DNA from: an uncultured Actinomycetes bacterium
Lineage (GTDB): Bacteria > Actinomycetota > Thermoleophilia > Gaiellales > JALYLC01
Direction of reading: 5' to 3'
NCBI GenBank assembly: GCA_963743275.1
Contig: CAVUPB010000001.1
Span: 7,776 to 71,775 of the forward strand
DNA: 64,000 nucleotides
The first letter of the stretch is position 1, and each line of letters starts with the position of its first letter. Positions 34,580 through 43,365 of this stretch are shown here, piece by piece. The notes below the pieces were generated by a model that was given only the letters and a program-made list of their open reading frames with translations, was not told where the DNA came from and made no database searches. The translations under genes were made by a program, and so were the position numbers.

Positions 34580-35806
34580 TCACGCTACCGGACGGCCCCC
34601 GGCGAGGCTGCGCAGCGCGCGCGTGAGGATCGCCGCGGCAACGGCGATGTCGGCGTCCGAGGTCAGCTCCTCGGGCCGGTGGCTGATGCCGCCGTTGCGG
34701 CTGCGGACGAAGAGCATGCCGGCCTCGACCCCCGCCGTCGCGAGAATGCCGGCGTCGTGGCCGGCGCCGGACTCGAACTCGACGAGCGGCACGCCCTCGG
34801 CGACCGCGGCGTCGGTCAGCGCCCGCCGCGCGAGGGCCGAGAGCGGCACGGGCGGCTCGAACATCGCGACCTCGATCTCGACGTCGATGCCGGTTTCGTG
34901 CGCGAGCCGCTGCGCGGCCTCGGCGATCGTCCTGAGCGTCTCGATCGCGGGCGCGCGCAGGTCGACGGTGAGGTCGACGCGGCCGGGGACGACGTTGGCG
35001 GCCGCATCGGCGATGCGGACGTCGCCCACCGTCGCGACGGCGTCGCCCAGCCGGATCGCCTCGTCGCGCAGCGCGAGCGTGAACTCCGCCGCCGCCACGA
35101 AGGCGTCGCGGCGGCCGGCCATCGGCTGCGTGCCCGCGTGGCCGCTCTCGCCGGTGAAGCGCATCGAGTAGCCCGCGAATCCCGTGATGCCGGTTGTGAC
35201 CGCGACCGGGGCATCGGCGCGGTCGAGCACCGGCCCCTGTTCGATGTGCACCTCGACGAAGCTCCCCGGCAGCGACGCGCGCGGCGCGCGCAGGCCGAGG
35301 AAGCCGAGCGCCGAGAGCGCGGCGCGCACGCTCACGCCGGCGGCGTCCCTGCGGTCGAGGTCGGCATCGCAGAGCCGCCCGCACACCGCGCGGCTGCCGA
35401 ACACGCCGCGCCCGAACCGGCAGCCCTCCTCGTCGCGGAAGACGCAGACCGCGAGCGTGGCGGGCAGGCACTCGCTCGCGAGGCGGTGGACCGCGTCGAG
35501 CGCGACGAGCACTCCGAGCGCACCGTCGAAGCGCCCGCCGTCCGGCACGCTGTCGAGGTGCGAGCCCGACCAGACCTCCGGGAGCGCGGGATCGGTGCCG
35601 CGCCTGCGCCCGAAGAGATTGCCGGTGGCGTCCCAGGACACCTCGAGGCCGTCGGCGACCATCCACGACGAGACGAGCTCGCACGCCCGCTGCTCGGCGA
35701 CGCTCAGACCGAGGCGCGTGACGCCGCCGCTCGAGCCGGCGCCGATGCGCGCCAGTTGCCCGAAGCGATGCATCCTGCGCGCCAGATCGTCGTGCGGCGT
35801 CGACAC
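34580..35806 (-). CDS. M20-family amidase (allantoate amidohydrolase / N-carbamoyl-L-amino-acid hydrolase type)
   Basis: ORF 34580..35806: GGVTRLGLSVAEQRACELV...SGSHLDSVPDGGRFDGALGV...FRDEEG...GESGHAGT...SGAGHDA. Confidence 0.85.
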   Translation of the reverse strand: MSTPHDDLARRMHRFGQLARIGAGSSGGVTRLGLSVAEQRACELVSSWMVADGLEVSWDATGNLFGRRRGTDPALPEVWSGSHLDSVPDGGRFDGALGVLVALDAVHRLASECLPATLAVCVFRDEEGCRFGRGVFGSRAVCGRLCDADLDRRDAAGVSVRAALSALGFLGLRAPRASLPGSFVEVHIEQGPVLDRADAPVAVTTGITGFAGYSMRFTGESGHAGTQPMAGRRDAFVAAAEFTLALRDEAIRLGDAVATVGDVRIADAAANVVPGRVDLTVDLRAPAIETLRTIAEAAQRLAHETGIDVEIEVAMFEPPVPLSALARRALTDAAVAEGVPLVEFESGAGHDAGILATAGVEAGMLFVRSRNGGISHRPEELTSDADIAVAAAILTRALRSLAGGRPVA

Positions 35807-35909
35807 TCCCGGCTCCCCTCTCGCGATAGAGCGATCCTAGTGTCCCGAGTCGGAGGTTGGCTGCCGCGATTGCACCGTCCGGGCGCAAGGCCGCCTCTGC
35901 TCCACGCTC

Positions 35910-36885
35910 TCAGGCGGGCAGCGTGCGCCGCAGGACCCGCAGCAGGTTCTCGCTCGCGATCGCGCGCAGGTCGTCGTCGCCGTAGCCGCGCGCGCTCAGC
36001 GCCTCGAGCAGGCGCGGGTAGTCCTCGGGCCCGCCGAGGCCCTCGATCTGCGTGCCCCACTCGAGCGGCTCCGCGCCGAACGCGCCCGAGAGCTCGAGCT
36101 GCCGCGCGAAGTCGCCGCCGAGGCTGATGTGGCGTACGCCGATCGTGTGCGCGAGGTGGTCGACGTGGTCGATCAGGCGGGCGATCGTCCACTCGCTCGC
36201 GTGCACCACGAACGGAAGCGCCATCAGCCCGACGACGCCGTCGCGCTCGGCGAGCGCGCGCAGCTGTCCGTCGGAGAGGTTGCGCGGAATGTCCATGAGC
36301 GCCCGGCAGAGCGCGTGGCTCACGAGCACCGGCCGCTCGCCGATGCGCTCGAGCACCTCGGCGAACGTGCCCTCGTTGGCGTGCGCCAGGTCGAACGCGA
36401 TCGGCAGCGCGGCCATGCGGTCGACGAGCGAGCGGCCGATGCGGCTGAGCCCGCCCGCGGGCGCCTCGGCCGTGCCGTCGGCAAACGGGTTGCGCCGGTT
36501 CCAGGTCAGCGACGCCATGCGCACGCCGAGCGCGCAGAACACGTCGATCAGCCCGGGGTCGTAGCCGAGCGGCTCCATGCCCTCGAGCGAGAGCACGAGC
36601 CCGAGGCGCCCGGGCTCGAGCGCCGCGTCCAGATCGGCGGCCGAGCGCACTGCGATCAAACCCGGGCTCCCGGCCACGGCGCGGTCGAACGCGGCGACGC
36701 CCTGGAGCGCCCTGCGCAGCGCCAGCTCGGGCAGGTCGGGCTCGTCGGAGAAGAGCGCGCAGACCTGGAGCTGCACTCCGCCGGCCTCGAGCTGGGGCAG
36801 CCAGCGGGTCGGCGAACGGGCGCTCCTCGCCGCGGAAGAAGACGAGCTCCATGAGCAGGTCGCTGTGGGCGTCGGCAACGATCAT
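35910..36885 (-). CDS. Membrane-dipeptidase (peptidase M19) family protein, N-terminal frameshift
   Basis: Body is ORF 35910..36878. The true N-terminus MIVADAHSDLLMELVFFRGEERPFAD lies in the frame starting at 36885 and joins RWLPQLEAGGVQLQVCALF only if one base of the run at 36806-36808 is removed. Confidence 0.75.
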
Positions 36886-36904
36886 CGACCGTGATTGTGA
36901 CGGT

Positions 36905-37431
36905 TCAGCGCAGGCAGCCCTCGCTACCGCAGGCGATGCCCCAGGCGATCACGAAGAGGATCGGAGGATGACGGCCAGTGCCGCTACGGCACCCGACGGC
37001 GGCGCCGACGATCCCGACCGGCATCCAGTCCGACTCGCGGCGGATGAGCTTGATGCTCGCGACGAGCAGCGGCACGGAGAGCACGCCGGCCGAGATCATG
37101 AAGTCCTCGAAGAGCCGGTTGTACGGAATCCCAGTGCCCACTCGCGCGCCACCCACGACCACCACCCCGTGATGGGCACCGGAGCGCCGCCGCTCGTCAC
37201 GATCCCCTCTCCCTCGACGCGCGCGATCTCGGACAGCGGCCAGCGCCGCGCGCCCTGCCCGTCGACGAGCACGAGCTCGTCGCCCGCGATCAACACCACC
37301 GCGGGACGGCGCTCGGCGCCGCTCACGTGTGCTGCGCAGGACACCTCCGCGCCCTCCGTCGCCGCGATCGCCCGCTTGAGGGCGCCCGGCACGTGCAGCT
37401 TGTCTCCGTTGTTCAGCGTCACCGTTGGCAT
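36905..37431 (-). CDS. Hypothetical protein: soluble N-domain + 2-TM C-terminus, apparently split by a 1-nt frameshift
   Basis: ATG 37431 (MPTVTLNNGDKLHVPGALKRAI...GAPVPITG) in the frame of ORF 37096..37659. The GC3-biased continuation VVVVGGARVGTGIPYNRLFEDFMISAGVLSVPLLVASIKLI... lies in the frame of ORF 36905..37165. The frames join if the CCCC run at 37165-37168 had one more base. Confidence 0.4.
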
Positions 37432-37539
37432 GCGGCCACCATCCACGCAGGTGGCGCCAAGCGGCAATCCCCCGTCGGCGGGCGGTCGCGGACCGCCGCT
37501 GAACGGCGTGCCGCCCGCCGTCCGCAATAGTTCGCCGCG

Positions 37540-38058
37540 GTGGACAGCGCCCCGCAGCCCTGGCAGGACGCGCTCTTCGCCGCGCTGCTCGACGCGGACG
37601 TGCGCACCGTCGCCTACGTGCCCGACGCGGGCCACGCCCATGTGATCGACCGGGCGCACGCGGAGGCGAGCATCACCGCCGTGCCGCTGACGACCGAGGA
37701 GGAGGGCATCGGCTACCTCGCGGGCGCCTGGCTGGGCGGGGTGCGCGGCGTCCTGCTGATGCAGTCGAGCGGCGTCGGCAACTGCATCAACACGCTCGCG
37801 CTCGCGGCCCAGGCGCGCTTCCCGCTGCTGATGCTCGTGACGATGCGCGGCGAGTGGGCCGAGCTCAACCCGTGGCAGAACCCGGCGGGGGCCGCCGCAG
37901 AGGAGAGCATGCGGCTGATGGGCGTGCGCACCTGGCGCGCGGATCGCGCCGAGGACGTCGACCCGCTCGTCCGCGGCGCCCTCGCGATGACGTTCGCGGG
38001 CGACATGAGCAGCGCCGTGCTGCTCGGCCAGCGCCTGATCGGGAGCAAGGTCTGGTGA
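37540..38058 (+). CDS. ThDP-dependent decarboxylase, alpha subunit (sulfopyruvate/phosphonopyruvate decarboxylase-like)
   Basis: ORF 37540..38058 (172 aa): VAYVPDAGHAHVIDRA...VPLTTEEEGIGYLAGAWLGGVRGVLLMQSSGVGNCINTLA. Confidence 0.75.
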   Translation: MDSAPQPWQDALFAALLDADVRTVAYVPDAGHAHVIDRAHAEASITAVPLTTEEEGIGYLAGAWLGGVRGVLLMQSSGVGNCINTLALAAQARFPLLMLVTMRGEWAELNPWQNPAGAAAEESMRLMGVRTWRADRAEDVDPLVRGALAMTFAGDMSSAVLLGQRLIGSKVW

Positions 38059-38642
38059 CGGGACCGGGGCCGCTCGATCGCCGCGCCGTCGTGCGCGAGC
38101 TGCTCGCCGAGCGTGGCGAGCTCGCCGTCGTGAGCGGCCTCGGCTCGCCGTCGTACGACACGATGGCCGCCGGCGACCACGACCTCAACTTCTACCTCTG
38201 GGGCGCGATGGGCAGCGCCGCGACGGTCGGCCTCGGCCTCGCGCTCGCCCAGCCGGAGCGGCCGGTGCTCGTGATCACGGGCGACGGCGAGCAGCTGATG
38301 GGACTCGGCGCGCTCGCGACGATCGGCGTCCAGCGCCCCGCGAACCTCACGATCGCCGTGCTCGACAACGAGCGCTACGCCGAGACGGGCATGCAGCGCA
38401 GCCACACGGCAGACGGGGTGCGCATCGACCGGGTCGCCGCGGCCTGCGGGTTCGCCTGGACGGCGGAGGTCGCGGATGCGGCCGGCGTCGACGGCGTACG
38501 GCAGCGACTCGGGACGCGCGAGGGCCCGGGCCTCGCCGTCTTCAAGGTCGCCTCCACCGACCTGCCGCGCGTGCTCCCGCCGATCGACGCCGTGCACCTC
38601 AAGCTCCGCCTGCGCCAGGCGCTCGGATTCGCTCCGAACTGA
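38055..38642 (+). CDS. ThDP-dependent decarboxylase, beta subunit (ThDP-binding)
   Basis: GTG 38055 overlaps the alpha stop (GTGA): FYLWGAMGSAATVGLGLALAQPERPVLVITGDGEQLMGLGALATIG...LTIAVLDNERY (GDG-x24-ish-N motif). Confidence 0.75.
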   Translation: MTGPGPLDRRAVVRELLAERGELAVVSGLGSPSYDTMAAGDHDLNFYLWGAMGSAATVGLGLALAQPERPVLVITGDGEQLMGLGALATIGVQRPANLTIAVLDNERYAETGMQRSHTADGVRIDRVAAACGFAWTAEVADAAGVDGVRQRLGTREGPGLAVFKVASTDLPRVLPPIDAVHLKLRLRQALGFAPN

Positions 38643-38731
38643 GGGCCCGCCCGAGCCGCGCCTCCGTTGACGAGGAGCGGACGGTTGTGCAGAATCTCTG
38701 AACACTCCGACCGTACCCGAAGGGACAAGCG

Positions 38732-40117
38732 ATGGCCCAACGCACGCTGATCAAGGGCGGGACCGTCATCTCGGTCGATCCGGCCGTCGGCGACTTCGAG
38801 CGCGGCGACGTCCTGATCGAGAACGGGGCCATCGCCGCCGTCGGCCCTGCGCTCGAGGCCGGCGACGCGGAGGTCATCGACGCGACCGACCGCATCGTGC
38901 TCCCGGGCCTGATCGACACGCACCGCCACACGTGGCAGGCGCTCTTCCGCAACATCGCGTCCGACTGGACGCTCGCGCACTACTTCACCGGCCTGCACGG
39001 CACGATGAGCCAGCTCTACCGCCCGGAGGACACCTACGCGGGCAACCTCATCGGCACGCTCGAGGCGCTCGACGGCGGCATCACGACGCTGCTCGACTGG
39101 TCGCACAACCTCAACACGCCCGAGCATTCGGACGCCGCCATCGAGGCGCTCCAGGAGACGCGCTCGCGCGTGATCTTCGCGCACGGCTGCGGCTTCGCGC
39201 ACTGGGCGCCCGTGAGCTCGCTGGCGCACGACGAGGACATCCGGCGCGTCGCGCACCAGTACTTCTCGTCCGACGACCAGCTCGTGACGCTCGCGATGGC
39301 GCCGCGCGGCAACCAGTTCGCGACGCTCGACGTGACCGAGCACGACTACAAGCTCGCGGACGAGCTGAACATCCGCATCACCTGCCACGCAGGCGACGGC
39401 GAGTGGGGCAAGGGCCGCCCGATCGCGCAGCTCCAGGAGCGCGGCCTGCTCGGCCCGACGCAGACCTACGTGCACTGCAACTCGCTGGCCGACGACGAGC
39501 TGCGGATGATGGCCGACGCGGGCTGCACGGCCTCGATCTCGCCCGACATCGAGCTGCAGATGGGACACGGCTGGCCAGCGACCGGACGCCTGCTCGAGGC
39601 CGGCGTGCGCCCGAGCCTCTCGATCGACGTGTGCTGCTCGAACGGCGGCCACCTCTTCGGCACGATCCGCGCCACGATCGGCACGCAGCGCGGATTCGAC
39701 AACGCGAATGCCGGCGAGGGCGGGCTCAGGGAGCTCAAGCTGAGCTGCCGCGACGTGCTCGAGTTCGCCACGATCGAGGGCGCGCGCGCTGTCGGGCTGG
39801 ACTCCAAGATCGGCTCGCTGACGCCCGGCAAGCGCGCCGACATCATCCTCATCCGCACCGACAACTTCGGCATGACGCCGCTCAACAACCCGATCGGCGC
39901 CGTCGTCTACAACGCGCACCCGGGACTCGTCGACACCGTGTTCGTGGACGGCGAGGTCGTGAAGCGGGACGGCACACTCGTCGGCGTCGACGTCGCGCGC
40001 GTGCGGCGCCTCGCGGTCGAGGCGCGCGACGACATCCTGCGGCGCGCGAACGGCGCAAACGGCGCCCGGCTCGGCGGTGACTGGATTCCGAAGCCGTACG
40101 AGGCGGTCGAGGCCTGA
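38732..40117 (+). CDS. Amidohydrolase-superfamily protein (aminohydrolase/deaminase-like)
   Basis: ORF 38732..40117: TLIKGGTVISVDP...VLPGLIDTHRHTWQ...YVHCNS...SIDVCCSNGG...GSLTPGKRADIILI. Confidence 0.85.
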   Translation: MAQRTLIKGGTVISVDPAVGDFERGDVLIENGAIAAVGPALEAGDAEVIDATDRIVLPGLIDTHRHTWQALFRNIASDWTLAHYFTGLHGTMSQLYRPEDTYAGNLIGTLEALDGGITTLLDWSHNLNTPEHSDAAIEALQETRSRVIFAHGCGFAHWAPVSSLAHDEDIRRVAHQYFSSDDQLVTLAMAPRGNQFATLDVTEHDYKLADELNIRITCHAGDGEWGKGRPIAQLQERGLLGPTQTYVHCNSLADDELRMMADAGCTASISPDIELQMGHGWPATGRLLEAGVRPSLSIDVCCSNGGHLFGTIRATIGTQRGFDNANAGEGGLRELKLSCRDVLEFATIEGARAVGLDSKIGSLTPGKRADIILIRTDNFGMTPLNNPIGAVVYNAHPGLVDTVFVDGEVVKRDGTLVGVDVARVRRLAVEARDDILRRANGANGARLGGDWIPKPYEAVEA

Positions 40118-40119
40118 GC

Positions 40120-40138
40120 GCGGGCGCTGAACGCCCGC
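40120..40138 (+). terminator. GC hairpin just after the amidohydrolase stop
   Basis: GCGGGCG-CTGAA-CGCCCGC (7-bp stem). No U-tract. Confidence 0.35.
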
Positions 40139-40161
40139 ACGCAACAGACGTTCACGGTTCC

Positions 40162-40190
40162 TTGACAGGCTGGGCAGCATTGCTTAACGT
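40162..40190 (+). promoter_or_regulatory. Sigma-70-like promoter candidate upstream of the SDR/ABC genes
   Basis: TTGACA (40162-40167), 17-nt spacer, TAACGT (40185-40190). About 54 nt upstream of GTG 40244. Confidence 0.3.
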
Positions 40191-40243
40191 CGGCGCGTGC
40201 TCGCCCCTCGCGGCGCGCAGTCGTCCACCACTCGGGAGGCTCC

Positions 40244-41011
40244 GTGGAAGCTGCCAGCGTTGACTGGGGCCTGACAGGCAAGGCCGTCATCGTGACCGGA
40301 GCGAGCTCCGGCATCGGGGCCGCGACCGCGCGCGCCCTCGGGGCCACGGGGGCCTCGGTGCTGCTCGTCGGGCGCGACGATGACCGGCTGGCCGAGCAGG
40401 CCCGGGCGACGCAGGCGCGCGGGGGTCGCGCGGAGATCGCGAATGTCGACCTGGACGACCTCGAGGCGACCGCGGGCCTGCCCGCGCGCGCGGTTGCCGC
40501 GTTCGGCTCGCTGCACGGCATCGTCCATACCGCCAGCCTCTTCGATCCCCTGCCGCTCGCGGACACGACGCCGGCGTCGCTCGAGGGGCAGTGGCGCACG
40601 AACGTCGCCGCGCCGCTGATGCTCACGAAGGCCGCCGTGCCGCACCTCGGCACGGGCTCGTCGATCGTCTTCATCGGCTCGACCACCGGCAGCGTCGGCT
40701 TTCCCGGATGCTCGGCCTACACGGCCACGAAGGGTGCGGTGGATTCGCTCACGCGCGCGCTCGCCGTCGAGTTCGCGCCGAGCGGGATCCGCGTCAACAT
40801 CGTGGTGCCCGGCTACGTGCGCACGCCGATGCTCCAGCCGCATCTCGACGCGAACGAGGGCTACGAGGAGTGGATCCTCGGGCGTACGCCGCTGGCGCGC
40901 ATCGGCGGCCCGGACGAGGTCGCGTCGAGCATCCTCTTCATGCTCTCGCCGCTGTCGCAGTACGTCGACGGCGCCACCCTGGTCGCGGACGGCGGCTGGA
41001 TCGCCCAGTAG
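40244..41011 (+). CDS. Short-chain dehydrogenase/reductase (SDR)
   Basis: ORF 40244..41011: VIVTGASSGIGAATA...GSTTG...YTATKGAV...PGYVRTPM. Confidence 0.9.
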   Translation: MEAASVDWGLTGKAVIVTGASSGIGAATARALGATGASVLLVGRDDDRLAEQARATQARGGRAEIANVDLDDLEATAGLPARAVAAFGSLHGIVHTASLFDPLPLADTTPASLEGQWRTNVAAPLMLTKAAVPHLGTGSSIVFIGSTTGSVGFPGCSAYTATKGAVDSLTRALAVEFAPSGIRVNIVVPGYVRTPMLQPHLDANEGYEEWILGRTPLARIGGPDEVASSILFMLSPLSQYVDGATLVADGGWIAQ

Positions 41012-41016
41012 GGCCC

Positions 41017-42192
41017 GTGCTGGTGCCGACGACCGCCATCCCCGGATCGCGAGCGCCCGTCCCGCGCTGGGACGGCGCCGGCGACCTACGTTCGCGCCTG
41101 CGCGTGCCGCGGTTCTCGGCGATCTGGGTCGCGACCGCCGTGCTGTTCGCGGTCAGCCCGCTGCTCGCGAGCGGCAGCGTCAGCCACAGCGCGCTGCTCT
41201 CGATGCTGCCGTTCGCGGCGATCCTGGCGATCGCGGGCATCGGCCAGACGCTCGTCATCCAGCAGCGCGGGCTCGACCTCTCGGTGCCCGGGATGATCAC
41301 GCTGACGACGATCCTCGTGACGCGGATCCCGGACGGTCACGACGACCGGCTGCCGGAGGCGATCGGCGTGATCCTGCTGGCGTGCATCGCCTCGGGGCTG
41401 ATCAGCGGCATCGCGATCACATGGCTCTCGATCACGCCCCTCGTCGCGACGCTCGGGGTCAACGCCCTGCTGCAGGGCGTCGTCTTCCAGATCACGAGCG
41501 GCGCGTCGACGTCGGCCGCTCCGCCCGGCCTCGCGAACTTCGCGCTCGACAAGACGTTCGGCGTGCCGAACGCGGTCCTGATAGCGGCCGCCGCAATCCT
41601 GCTCGTGGCGGGCATCATCCGCTCGACGATCGTGGGGCGGCGCTTCATCGCCGTCGGGGCGAGCCCCGCCGCGGCGCACGCGGCCGGCGTGCGCGTCAAG
41701 GCCTACGAGGTCGCCACGTACGTCTTCGCCAGCATCACCTACGGGGCCGCGGGGATCCTCGTCGCCGGCTTCCTCGGCACGCCCGGCATCGGCGCCGGCA
41801 ACGACTACCTGCTGCCCACGATCGCCGCGGTCGTGCTCGGCGGCACGTCGCTGGTCGGCGGCGTCGGCAGCGTCGTCGCGACCGGCATCGGCGCGCTCTT
41901 CCTGACGCAGCTCGAGCAGGTCGTGCGCGGCATGGGCGCGCCCTCCTCGGTGCAGTTCATCATCCAGGGCTCGATCATCGCCCTCGGCATGGCGGTCGGC
42001 GCGGTGCCGTGGCGGCGGCTGCGCGAGCGCCTGCTCCCGTCCGCGGGCCCGCTCGCCGCCACGACCGCGGGCATCGCGCTCGCGTCCTCCTCGCCATCGG
42101 CGTCCGGGGTCGTTGACCCCGCCCCGGACGAAACGTCTCCCGCGTCGCATCCGCGCGACGACTCGGGCCATTCACCCTCGAACGGGGTCTAG
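41017..42192 (+). CDS. Sugar-type ABC transporter permease (RbsC/AraH-like)
   Basis: GTG 41017 in ORF 40591..42192: QTLVIQQRGLDLSVPGMITL...RRFIAVGASPAAAHAAGVRV...VLGGTSLVGGVGSVVATGIGALFL. Confidence 0.85.
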   Translation: MLVPTTAIPGSRAPVPRWDGAGDLRSRLRVPRFSAIWVATAVLFAVSPLLASGSVSHSALLSMLPFAAILAIAGIGQTLVIQQRGLDLSVPGMITLTTILVTRIPDGHDDRLPEAIGVILLACIASGLISGIAITWLSITPLVATLGVNALLQGVVFQITSGASTSAAPPGLANFALDKTFGVPNAVLIAAAAILLVAGIIRSTIVGRRFIAVGASPAAAHAAGVRVKAYEVATYVFASITYGAAGILVAGFLGTPGIGAGNDYLLPTIAAVVLGGTSLVGGVGSVVATGIGALFLTQLEQVVRGMGAPSSVQFIIQGSIIALGMAVGAVPWRRLRERLLPSAGPLAATTAGIALASSSPSASGVVDPAPDETSPASHPRDDSGHSPSNGV

Positions 42193-42203
42193 GAGGTCGC
42201 TCA

Positions 42204-43361
42204 ATGTCCGGAACGTCCCATCGCGGAGCGAAGTCGCTCCCGCAACGGCGCAGGCGGTTGCTCGTCCTGCCCGCCCTCGCACTGCTCGCCGTGGCGCTCG
42301 CGGCGACGACGGCATGGGCGCGCGGCGCCGTAACCTGGCCGACGGAGGCCCAGGAGACGGCTACGTCGGGCGTCTTCACGAACCTGCCGTTCTGCGGCAC
42401 CAAGCAGATCACGCTCGGCATCCACGACGGCTTCGGCATCAACGCGTGGTCGCAGGAGTCGTACGCGGCGGTGCGCTCCGAGGCCGCCAAGTGCTCCAAC
42501 GTCAAGCAGATCGTCGTGCTCGGCGGCGGTGACCTGCAGAAGTCCATCTCGGACATCAACTCGATGGTCGCGCAGGGCGCGAACGCCATCGTGATGATCC
42601 CCGACTTCGGCCAGGCCCAGCTGGCGTCGATCCAGGCCGCCACCGCGGCCGGCGTCAAGGTCGTGCCCTGGGGCGCCGATCCGGGCGGAACGCCGGGCAA
42701 GGACTTCGTCACCTACGTCGACTGGAGCTCGCCGATCGCGGGCACCATGTGGGCCAACTGGATGGTCAAGCTGCTCGACGGCAAGGGCAACATCGTGTTC
42801 CTCGGCGGACCCGCCGGCAACCCGGTCACCACGGGCCAGCTCAAGTCGATCGTCAAGGTCTTCGCCAAGCACCCGGGCATGAAGCTGCTCACGGGCAAGA
42901 AGTCCTGGCCCGTCACGAACTGGGATCCCGCGACCGCGCAGAAGCAGATGAGCGCGCTGCTCGCCAAGTACAAGAAGATCGACGGGATCATCTCCGACTA
43001 CGGCACGGACGCCCTCGCCGCGACGCGCGCGTTCCAGGCGGCCGGCCGCAAGCTCGTCCCGATCGGGACGCTCGACGCCAACGGCCTCTCGTGCCTCTAC
43101 AAGAAGGTGCACGCGAAGAACCCGGCGTTCCAGCTCGCGACCATCTCGTCGCGCAACTGGCTCGGCCGCGTGGCCGCCCGCAAGGCGATCGCCGCGGCCG
43201 AGGGTCTCCCCAACAAGGAGCCGAGCCGCTACGACCTGCCGTTCTTCGAGAACTCGGTGAGCGGCCAGGACCCGGTCTGCGTGCCCAGCGCCGCGCCCGA
43301 CTTCTACTCCTCGAACAAGCTCACCCAGGCCGTCATCGGCAAGTACGGGAAGCCGTCGTAG
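42204..43361 (+). CDS. Periplasmic sugar-binding protein (PBP type I, RbsB-like)
   Basis: ORF 42204..43361: signal-like RRRLLVLPALALLAVALAATTAWA; ...AVRSEAAKCSNVKQIVVLGGGDLQKSISDINSMVAQGANAIVMIP... Confidence 0.8.
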   Translation: MSGTSHRGAKSLPQRRRRLLVLPALALLAVALAATTAWARGAVTWPTEAQETATSGVFTNLPFCGTKQITLGIHDGFGINAWSQESYAAVRSEAAKCSNVKQIVVLGGGDLQKSISDINSMVAQGANAIVMIPDFGQAQLASIQAATAAGVKVVPWGADPGGTPGKDFVTYVDWSSPIAGTMWANWMVKLLDGKGNIVFLGGPAGNPVTTGQLKSIVKVFAKHPGMKLLTGKKSWPVTNWDPATAQKQMSALLAKYKKIDGIISDYGTDALAATRAFQAAGRKLVPIGTLDANGLSCLYKKVHAKNPAFQLATISSRNWLGRVAARKAIAAAEGLPNKEPSRYDLPFFENSVSGQDPVCVPSAAPDFYSSNKLTQAVIGKYGKPS

Positions 43362-43365
43362 GGAG

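Noticed and set aside
37540-38642. Marker for a phosphonate natural-product cluster or coenzyme M synthesis
   Set aside because: No PEP mutase, no other com genes and no typical tailoring enzymes nearby. The neighbours are catabolic or transport genes.
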